Assembly: GCA_963728565.1 (NCBI GenBank)
Contig: CAVSLC010000025.1
Span: 28,413-92,412 of the forward strand
Source: an uncultured delta proteobacterium
Lineage (GTDB): Bacteria; Desulfobacterota; Binatia; UBA9968
DNA length: 64,000 nucleotides
Direction: 5' to 3'
Both the position numbers and the translations under genes were made by a program. The notes under the pieces are model-generated. The model was not told where the DNA came from. It made no database searches and was given only the letters and a program-made list of their open reading frames with translations. This document shows, piece after piece, positions 1-8,104 of the stretch. Position 1 is the stretch's first letter, and every line of letters begins with the position of its first letter.

Positions 1-491
1 GTTTAATGGCATACATTGCCACCGATGAAGAGTCACAAAGCCTCGAAAACCAGCTGCGTTCGTATTTGAGCGCACGGCTGCCCGACTACATGGTACCCGC
101 TCATTTAATAATATTGAGCTCGCTGCCGCTAAGCTCTAACGGCAAAATCGATTATCGAGCGCTGCCACCGATACGATTTTCGGTCGCCCCGACATCTATA
201 GAGCCGCGCAACGCAATTGAAGCGAAGCTCCAAGCGATCTTCACCGAGGTGCTTGGACGATCGGACATCGGTATTGATGATAATTTCTTCCGCCTCGGCG
301 GACATTCATTGCTTGCAGCACGCGCCGCCGTCCGGATTACCGATGCCTTCGGGGGGCTCAGCCTGGGACTTTCGGCTTTCCTGGAGACTCCAACCGTAAA
401 GGGGTTGGCATTAAAAATGGCTTCAGCACTCTCTGCTGGACAAAGAAGCACGCACTCGGATAAAGACGGGCGCGAGGAGTTTGATTTATAA
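1..491 (+). CDS. NRPS subunit, 3' end only (C-terminal part of adenylation domain + peptidyl carrier protein + short acidic tail); 5' end outside window
   Basis: Frame is open back to position 1. A10-type motif LPLSSNGKIDYRALP and carrier-protein core FFRLGGHSLLAARA. Stop TAA at 489-491. Confidence 0.85.
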   Translation, partial: LMAYIATDEESQSLENQLRSYLSARLPDYMVPAHLIILSSLPLSSNGKIDYRALPPIRFSVAPTSIEPRNAIEAKLQAIFTEVLGRSDIGIDDNFFRLGGHSLLAARAAVRITDAFGGLSLGLSAFLETPTVKGLALKMASALSAGQRSTHSDKDGREEFDL

Positions 492-3400
492 ACTCAGACG
501 AGTTTGTCGCATATCTTGAGGAGCTGGGAGTTCGGCTTAGTGCCGAAGGCGAACGTCTCCACGTAAATGCGCTCAGGGGGAAACTGCCCAACGACGTGCG
601 CGCCCAGATCGCCGAACAGAAAGCGGGGATCCTTGCATTTCTGCGCAGGCGACGCTCCAATCGAGTCACCGCACCACCCGTCAAACCTCGCTCAACTGCT
701 GATCCAGCCCCTTTATCGTTTGCTCAGGAACGGCTCTGGTTCTTAGACCAACTCGACCCGGGACGTGCCGTTTACAATATCTGCCGGGCATCGCGTCTGC
801 TCGGAACTCTAAACACCCCCGTTCTACAAACCAGTCTCAACGCCGCCGTCAATCGACATGAAACCCTGAGAACCGCCTTCAGACTAATCGATGGCCAGCC
901 GAAACAAGTCGTTCAGCCCAGCCGGACCATTTCCCTCGAAACTGTCGACCTAAGCACCGTGCAAGAAAGCGAGCGCGCCGCGAATATCCAGCGCGAAATC
1001 GAATCGCAAGCCCTACGTTCTTTCGATCTCCAGTCCGGCGCAATGCTGAGATGCGTGTTGCTGCGGGTTGGTGAACAAGAACATATCCTCATCTTGGCGA
1101 CCCACCATAGCGCCGCCGATGCCTGGTCGCTGGGGACCCTGACGCGGGAGTTGTGGACACTTTATGATGCATTCTCCAATGGCAGGCCATACGCCTTAGA
1201 GCCGCTCGCCGTGCAGTACTCGGACTACGCGGTTTGGCAACGTGAGTGGTTGACAGGGGATGTGCTCGAATTGCAGCTGGGCTATTGGAAGAAACGCCTC
1301 AAGGATGTTTCGGTTCTCAATCTGCCGACGGATCGGCCGAGAAGGCCGCGTCAGAGTTTTCACGGCTCGCGGCTGACCATCGAGTTGCCGGACGACCTGA
1401 CAAGCGCCGTGAACGAAATGAGCCATCGCTTTGCGGTGACGCCCTTCATGATCTTGCTCGCGGCGTTTCAGGTGTTGCTCTACCGTTACACGGGACAGGA
1501 AGATGTCGTAGTTGGCTCCCCGATTGCCAATCGCTGCCGCACGGAACTTGAGGGGTTGATGGGATTCTTCGTCAACACGCTGGTCTTGCGCGCCGACCTC
1601 TCTGGAAACCTCTCGTTCAGCGAATTTCTGTCACGGGTGAGAGACACTTGTGTTGGCGCCGATGCCAATCAAGACTTGCCTTTCGAAAAGCTAGTTCAGG
1701 AACTGCAACCCGAACGCGACCAAAGCCGCAATCCGCTGTTCCAAGTCATGTTCGTTTTGCAAAATGCGACGCGCCCGTTTACCGGCATTCCGGGGCTACG
1801 AATCGAGCCACTGGAAGTCGCTACCACCCGCTCACCATTCGATCTGTCGCTGTTCCTGCGTGAGCGCGACCGTAAGTATGTCGGCAATATCGAATACAGC
1901 ACCGACCTGTTTGATCACGACCGAATCGAGAGAATGGCTGGTCATTTTCAGATTTTATTGGAGGCGATCGTCAAAGAGCCCGACCAATCAATCGCGAAAT
2001 TGCCGATACTCACCGAGGCAGAGCGGCATCGAATTTTGGTCGAATGGAACGACACCGCGGCCGATTATCCCAAAGACAAGTGCATCCACCAGCTATTCGA
2101 AGCGCAAGTCGAGCGTACACCGGAAGGCATCGCAGTGGAATTTGAAGACCAGCAGATCACTTACCGGGAGCTCAATCGGCGAGCGAACCAGCTCGCGCAT
2201 TACTTACTGACACTTGCGGTCGGGCCGGAGAAGTTGGTCGGCATCTGCGTGGAGCGGTCCATTGAGATGGTGGTCGGATTGTTAGGGATTCTCAAAGCAG
2301 GCAGCGCCTATGTGCCGTTAGATCCGGCTTATCCTAAAGAGCGTCTCCGTTTCATGTTGAAAGATGCAAACATCTCAGTGTTAGTGACACAGGAAAAGCT
2401 CTTAGAAAGTACTCAAAATTTAACGCACCGCACTCGGCACTTCGATGTCTGTCTCGATCGTGACTTACCGATGATCGAGCAGCAAAGGAGTGAGAACCCA
2501 GTAGCCCTAATTGACTCTCACAATCTCGCTTATGTGATTTACACCTCAGGTTCGATGGGGCAACCCAAAGGCATTGCCATTGAACATCAAAACACCGTCG
2601 CGCTACTCAACTGGGCAAAGGAGGTGTTTTTACCAGTAGAAATTGCCGGTGTGCTGGCTTCGACATCAATTTGTTTCGATCTATCCGTCTTCGAGTTGTT
2701 GGTACCATTGAGTCAAGGCGGCAAGATTGTTCTCGTTGAGAATGTATTGTTCTTGCACGAAGCAGCAAGCAACGGAATCACGTTGGTAAACACAGTCCCT
2801 TCCGCGATGGCAGCCTTGCTGGCTGCCGGAGCATTGCCCGCTTCAGTTCGGGTCGTAAACCTAGCGGGTGAGCCACTCCGATCAGAGCTGGTGAATCAAC
2901 TTTATCAAACCGGTACGGTCAAAAAGGTGTACGACTTATACGGTCCCTCGGAAACAACAACCTACTCGACATTCACACGCCGAACTGCTATCGGCCCGGC
3001 TACAATCGGCCGGCCGATAGCAAATACGCGTGTGTACTTACTGGACTCACACTTGCAGCCGGTCCCCGTCGGTGTGCCGGGTGAGCTTTGCATCGGTGGA
3101 GCAGGCGTAGCTCGTGGTTACTTGCATCGCCCCGAATTGAGCGCGGCCAAATTCATTACCGATCCCTTTAGCAAAGATCCCAACGCGCGCATTTACCGCA
3201 CCGGAGACCTCGCGCGCTACCTACCGGACGGCAACATCGAATTCCTCGGCCGCACAGACAATCAGGTAAAAATCCGTGGATACCGCGTCGAGCTTGGCGA
3301 AATTGAAAGCGTACTCAACCAGCATCCAGTCGTGACAGAGTCCGTAGTCGTTGCGTCTTCATTTCCTACCCCTAGACAGGGGAGGATTAAGGTGGAGGTG

Positions 3401-5320
3401 GCACTCCCGACAAACAGCATGCGAGAAGAGACACCCCTATCCCAACCGTACCCCGTCGAGGGGGAAGGAGTTTCGGAATCGAATCGCAACTTAATCGCGT
3501 ACTTTGTGTCTAATACTGAAAAGCCTTCAGCACCCGAGCTACGGAGTTTTCTCAGTCAAAGACTTCCTGAGTACATGATTCCTTCAGCATTTGTAGTCTT
3601 GGAGGCCTTACCTCTAACCCTTAACGGCAAAATCGATCGATCGAAGTTGCCACCGCCCGATCGCGCGAGACAGGAGATCGATCAAAGGTTTGTTGAGCCT
3701 CTATCAGAGAATGAAGAGTTGGTCGCACAAATCTGGCGCGAAGTGCTCAAGCTCGACAAGATAGGCATCCACGACAACTTCTTCGAATTGGGCGGACACT
3801 CGCTTCTAGCAACTCAGGTAGCTGCGCGGCTCAGCGATGCCTTCAATCGAGAAATTCCGTTGAAGACTCTCTTCGACGCGCCAAGCGTCGCGATGCTGAC
3901 GGAAAGCCTTGAAAGCATCATCAGGGATGGCAACACGCCCAAACTTCCGCCGATTGTTCCGATGGCCCGCGACCGGCCGCTGCCGTTATCTGTGAACCAG
4001 GAGCATTTGTGGCGTTTGGATCAGATGATTCCGGGCACGCATTTCTTCAATATGCCTTTTGTCTATCAGCTAAGCGGTTGTCTGAATATAAAAGCTCTCG
4101 AGAAAGCCATTGCGGAAATCATCAGGCGCCAGGAAGCGCTACGTACTGTCTTTATCGATACGGACGGCCGGCCAGCTCAAGTCATTGAACCGGCTTCTGA
4201 CTTCCAACTGCCTGTCACCGATCTTCGAAGCCGCGCGGCGGCTAGCCTGGCAGAACATGCGGCTAGTTTGATACTGGAAGAACGGGAACAGCCGTTTGCT
4301 CTATCGAGAGGTCCACTCTTTAGGACAAAACTCCTGCGGTTGACCGATGATGATCATCTGTTTCTGATCACAATGCACCATATTATTGGCGATCATTGGT
4401 CAATGTTGGTATTTCGTCGAGAGTTAGTCGTCCTCTACAAAGCCTTTTCCCATGGCCGCAGCGCTCCCTTACCCGAACTCTCCATTCAGTTCGCCGACTT
4501 TGCGTGTTGGGAACGGCGGGCAATCGAACGAGGATCCATGAAACACCAGCTCGTGTACTGGAAGAAGCAGCTTGCTGCGCCTGCGCCCGAGCTTAGGTTT
4601 CAGAGAGATGGGAGACGGCGAAAGCGGCTACCCTTTCAGATCTGCCGGCAATCCATGGAGTTTGATGAAAATCTGTTTGTCTCGGTTAAAGCGCTGGCGC
4701 GTAAGGAGAACTGCACACCTTTTTTGATCGTGCTCACAGCTTTAAACGCGATGCTTTACCTTTACACCCGAGAGACGGATATTCCGATAGGCACGCTGGT
4801 GGCCAACCGGCGCCGACCGGGAACGGAAGGATTGATCGGCCACTTTGTTAACACTGTCGTGCTACGCACCCGATTTTCGCCCGAGATGACCTTTAGTCAA
4901 TTATTAGCACAGGTACGAGAGGTTACCCTCTCAGCCCATGCGCACCAGGAGCTTCCGTTTGAACACTTAGCCCATAGATTAGACCGAAAGAAAAACACGA
5001 GAAGTGGCTCGCTCTTTCAGGTCCTATTCATCTATCAGAATTGGAGCTTTCCGTCTCAAGATACAGCTGGCCTTAGTCTTGCCTCTGTAGATATGCGTCA
5101 AGCAGCAGCCGAACAGGAATTAATGCCTACAACGTTTGACTTGATTTTTAATCTAAGGGAAGCGTCAACGATGTTAACAGGAACTATCAACTATAAAGTC
5201 GAAAGTGTTGACGAGGACATCGTTCGCAGGATGCGTGGATCGTTTGGCGAGGTGTTGCAAAGGATGATAGCTCACATAGGGCAACGGTTTGCAAATCTTT
5301 CTGTGGATGTGGAGATTTAG
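488..5320 (+). CDS. Non-ribosomal peptide synthetase, single module: N-terminal docking domain - C - A - T - terminal C
   Basis: The ORF track starts at GTG 596, but docking-domain-like sequence is in frame from 488 (see findings). C domain: SFAQERLWFL, HHSAADAWS. A domain: LAYVIYTSGSMGQPKG, YRTGDLARY, GRTDNQVKIRGYRVELGEIE, NGKIDRSKLP. PCP: FFELGGHSLLATQV. Second C domain: LSVNQEHLW, MHHIIGDHWS. No TE or reductase domain. Confidence 0.9.
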   Translation: MNSDEFVAYLEELGVRLSAEGERLHVNALRGKLPNDVRAQIAEQKAGILAFLRRRRSNRVTAPPVKPRSTADPAPLSFAQERLWFLDQLDPGRAVYNICRASRLLGTLNTPVLQTSLNAAVNRHETLRTAFRLIDGQPKQVVQPSRTISLETVDLSTVQESERAANIQREIESQALRSFDLQSGAMLRCVLLRVGEQEHILILATHHSAADAWSLGTLTRELWTLYDAFSNGRPYALEPLAVQYSDYAVWQREWLTGDVLELQLGYWKKRLKDVSVLNLPTDRPRRPRQSFHGSRLTIELPDDLTSAVNEMSHRFAVTPFMILLAAFQVLLYRYTGQEDVVVGSPIANRCRTELEGLMGFFVNTLVLRADLSGNLSFSEFLSRVRDTCVGADANQDLPFEKLVQELQPERDQSRNPLFQVMFVLQNATRPFTGIPGLRIEPLEVATTRSPFDLSLFLRERDRKYVGNIEYSTDLFDHDRIERMAGHFQILLEAIVKEPDQSIAKLPILTEAERHRILVEWNDTAADYPKDKCIHQLFEAQVERTPEGIAVEFEDQQITYRELNRRANQLAHYLLTLAVGPEKLVGICVERSIEMVVGLLGILKAGSAYVPLDPAYPKERLRFMLKDANISVLVTQEKLLESTQNLTHRTRHFDVCLDRDLPMIEQQRSENPVALIDSHNLAYVIYTSGSMGQPKGIAIEHQNTVALLNWAKEVFLPVEIAGVLASTSICFDLSVFELLVPLSQGGKIVLVENVLFLHEAASNGITLVNTVPSAMAALLAAGALPASVRVVNLAGEPLRSELVNQLYQTGTVKKVYDLYGPSETTTYSTFTRRTAIGPATIGRPIANTRVYLLDSHLQPVPVGVPGELCIGGAGVARGYLHRPELSAAKFITDPFSKDPNARIYRTGDLARYLPDGNIEFLGRTDNQVKIRGYRVELGEIESVLNQHPVVTESVVVASSFPTPRQGRIKVEVALPTNSMREETPLSQPYPVEGEGVSESNRNLIAYFVSNTEKPSAPELRSFLSQRLPEYMIPSAFVVLEALPLTLNGKIDRSKLPPPDRARQEIDQRFVEPLSENEELVAQIWREVLKLDKIGIHDNFFELGGHSLLATQVAARLSDAFNREIPLKTLFDAPSVAMLTESLESIIRDGNTPKLPPIVPMARDRPLPLSVNQEHLWRLDQMIPGTHFFNMPFVYQLSGCLNIKALEKAIAEIIRRQEALRTVFIDTDGRPAQVIEPASDFQLPVTDLRSRAAASLAEHAASLILEEREQPFALSRGPLFRTKLLRLTDDDHLFLITMHHIIGDHWSMLVFRRELVVLYKAFSHGRSAPLPELSIQFADFACWERRAIERGSMKHQLVYWKKQLAAPAPELRFQRDGRRRKRLPFQICRQSMEFDENLFVSVKALARKENCTPFLIVLTALNAMLYLYTRETDIPIGTLVANRRRPGTEGLIGHFVNTVVLRTRFSPEMTFSQLLAQVREVTLSAHAHQELPFEHLAHRLDRKKNTRSGSLFQVLFIYQNWSFPSQDTAGLSLASVDMRQAAAEQELMPTTFDLIFNLREASTMLTGTINYKVESVDEDIVRRMRGSFGEVLQRMIAHIGQRFANLSVDVEI

Positions 5321-5424
5321 TTCGCCGCGATAGCATTGTGTCGACGCCAACGCCGCAGATGTCTTTGTGTAGAGGCAAGAGAGTCAACTTAACAATCCGC
5401 AATCTATTTGAATGGGGGTGACGT

Positions 5425-7530
5425 ATGTCATCGTTAACAAGCTGGGAACCGTCGGAACGCGCAGGACTTGGAGAATCATTGGAATACATCCAGAGGTTGA
5501 TCAGAGTGCCCTTGGATCATGATAACGAAAAAGAAGGTGAGTTCGATTTATACTACTTCATTCACAAACCCGTTGGATCAGTGAAAGATGGTCTGAAAAC
5601 TGTGCTCTTCTGCGCCGGCGGGCCAGGCCAAATAGTCCGGCCTCGCGATGAAAATTTATTGAAGTTTCTTAGAGATGAAAATACCGCTTATCGGATAGTC
5701 CATTTCCATCTTCGCGGCTCAGGCTTTAGCCAAATCCCACCAGATAGTGAGTCTGATAGATTTGTAAGAACATCCCAGGCGGTTCGAGATATAGAAAGAA
5801 TTCGTTTAGCCGTTCTTAAAGATCAACCATGGGACGGAATAGTTGGTTACAGTTATGGAACGGTGCTGGCACAGCAATATGCCAGTAAATACAAACTAAT
5901 GGTTCGAAAATTGATCCTGATCGGACCGCTATCGATGCACAAATTCAAGTCGCTCAAACCGGCAGAGGTAAAGGCTGCGTTCGATGTATACGCAAAGGAG
6001 GTTCAGAAAGTTCGACAAACGGTGATAGGCAAGATTTACGAAAAGAATGAAGAATTTAAAGATAAGGTTTCCGAAGCCGACATAACCGAAATTGAAGCCA
6101 AGCTAGCGGACGTTTTTGACAGGATTGAAGGAAGCTTTGGCAGCGAAAAGTTTGTCGCCGACAAGCACAGCAAATTTTTTGATGATGGTAAGTTGGAGAA
6201 AGCGCAGTTGGAAAAGTACAGTAAACTCTTTTTCGAGAAGCTGTGCGAATTACGATTTATCGGCTGGCAACCCACTGAGATTGAGAATCTCAGGGCTCGA
6301 CAAGTGGAAGCGGCAAGGGTGATAGCGTTGGAATTAAAATCCGATGATCTTAGTTTAGGGGGTAAACTGGGCACCTTAGAGCCTAAAAATGATTCCGCCG
6401 ACGACCCTGTCGATGAATCATACAGAACGTTGTATGTAATGTGGGCCTACGACGGTTTTCGCCCGAGGTTTTTAAAAGAGTTGGCGGAAAGCAATCAAGA
6501 TATCGGCGCCGCGCTCAAAAAGGGCGCCGAGAGAGTGGGCGGCAACGAGTTCATTGAAAAGATCGGGATCAGTAATGTCAAGCCAACGGTATGGGATCCC
6601 GCAGAGCATAAACACGACGTGCCGACTCTTATTTTAGAAGGAGATGCCGATCCTGTTACAGCAGATGGACAAGCGGAACATTACTTCGAGCAGGCTCTTA
6701 CGGGGCCAAGAACTTTCATTAAGTTCGCAGGAGTTGGGCATGGATTCGATTTACCCCTGATCAACATCGAGAAGCCGTATCTAATCGGCTCGGTTCTTAT
6801 CGATCCGAAGACCGTCAAAAAAGGGGAGAGCAACCTGGAGCTGTCGGGCTCGATTCCTAGTGTCGCTCGAATCATTGATAGTGGCGGAGGTGGAAACGAT
6901 AGAGTCGCTGCAGTGAGCGGTTCCAATCTCGAATTTCAAGACGCCATAATACTCCGCGACAACAAAGTGTCTGTTAGGGTCATTAATCGCTCGGCTCAGG
7001 AAGAGGATACGGCGAATATCCATCTTACGATTAAGCACAATCTATTTACCGCCGGAGTCACCCTGAAAGACTCAAAGGTCCCTCGAAAAGGCAAGTCCTG
7101 GGTTTCCGGGACGTTTAAAATAAACGAGGAGAATTACGTTCTGAAACCACCGGCCAATCTGGAAGATGGGCTGGAGCTAATTGAAGAATCTGTGCAATTG
7201 GAACTTCCCGATAAGGTGTCCCTTAAGATCAAAAACACCGCTGATCATGACGTGGAGGCTAAACCCAAAAATTGGATCTACATGCCGACTCGTGGAGCAA
7301 AGTTTAAGGGCCCCTGTCAGGGGAAGGGTCTTCCTTCGCGAAATTGTCTAATCTATGCTTTTTTAGAGATGGAACATGAAGATTTCCGAAACCAGAAGTC
7401 TGAATTTCTGGAATTGGGCGGAGAAATACGTCAGTACATACGAACCATAGATCATCGTCCCGGCAAGACCGGTGAACAGATTCAATCGTCCAGTGAAATC
7501 TTTGAAAAGGTACCTGAGAATGTTTCATAG
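5425..7530 (+). CDS. alpha/beta-hydrolase (S33 prolyl-aminopeptidase-like core with a large helical lid insert) fused to a ~240-aa C-terminal region of unknown function
   Basis: FCAGGPGQ and HLRGSGFS (S33-type N-terminal motifs), nucleophile elbow GYSYGT, acid EGDADPV, His in AGVGHGF. SD-like GGGGGTGA lies before the ATG. Confidence 0.7.
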   Translation: MSSLTSWEPSERAGLGESLEYIQRLIRVPLDHDNEKEGEFDLYYFIHKPVGSVKDGLKTVLFCAGGPGQIVRPRDENLLKFLRDENTAYRIVHFHLRGSGFSQIPPDSESDRFVRTSQAVRDIERIRLAVLKDQPWDGIVGYSYGTVLAQQYASKYKLMVRKLILIGPLSMHKFKSLKPAEVKAAFDVYAKEVQKVRQTVIGKIYEKNEEFKDKVSEADITEIEAKLADVFDRIEGSFGSEKFVADKHSKFFDDGKLEKAQLEKYSKLFFEKLCELRFIGWQPTEIENLRARQVEAARVIALELKSDDLSLGGKLGTLEPKNDSADDPVDESYRTLYVMWAYDGFRPRFLKELAESNQDIGAALKKGAERVGGNEFIEKIGISNVKPTVWDPAEHKHDVPTLILEGDADPVTADGQAEHYFEQALTGPRTFIKFAGVGHGFDLPLINIEKPYLIGSVLIDPKTVKKGESNLELSGSIPSVARIIDSGGGGNDRVAAVSGSNLEFQDAIILRDNKVSVRVINRSAQEEDTANIHLTIKHNLFTAGVTLKDSKVPRKGKSWVSGTFKINEENYVLKPPANLEDGLELIEESVQLELPDKVSLKIKNTADHDVEAKPKNWIYMPTRGAKFKGPCQGKGLPSRNCLIYAFLEMEHEDFRNQKSEFLELGGEIRQYIRTIDHRPGKTGEQIQSSSEIFEKVPENVS

Positions 7531-7602
7531 CCGGAAAACTGCTTGACAAGCGGAGCATCATGTTGTTAGGAATAACCGCAAAAGCGTAACAAGGAGGTTG
7601 CC

Positions 7603-7839
7603 ATGACCCTTACCAGCCAAGCGCTCGAAGATGAAGACGCTGCGGATTACGAAAAAATCAAGAAAAGACATTTGCAACTAAGCTCAGACAAGCAAAAGGA
7701 ATTAGGCGACGAACAAGCGAAAATTGTTCAAGAGGCTATCGGCTCGGTCGATCCGGAGACTCGCGCTACAATAATTAAAAAGATGGCTCCGTTAATAAAG
7801 AGCCAGATCCTCACGAACCCTAAATTCAAGAACGCTTAA
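7603..7839 (+). CDS. small acidic hypothetical protein (78 aa)
   Basis: Strong RBS AAGGAGG 5 nt upstream of the ATG. No recognisable motif. Confidence 0.5.
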   Translation: MTLTSQALEDEDAADYEKIKKRHLQLSSDKQKELGDEQAKIVQEAIGSVDPETRATIIKKMAPLIKSQILTNPKFKNA

Positions 7840-8104
7840 AAACGTTCTGTCAGACCGTATCAGAACCTGTTAAGGTTCTTCGTAATTCCCGGCTGCTCAG
7901 GGTTAGCGTGGGCTAGGTTTACCGCTTTTCGCTCCTGGGGTTTATTGAATTTGAAACTTGCGGCGAATCTGGCTGCCAGCCCAATTTGCTTATGTTTTCC
8001 ATATTGTTATCGGGAATCCGCCACTGGAAATCCATAAACTAATCGTCAGGATGCTGGGGACACCCGCTATCGCTACATGAACGTTCTCCGCGGCGGCTTT
8101 TCCG

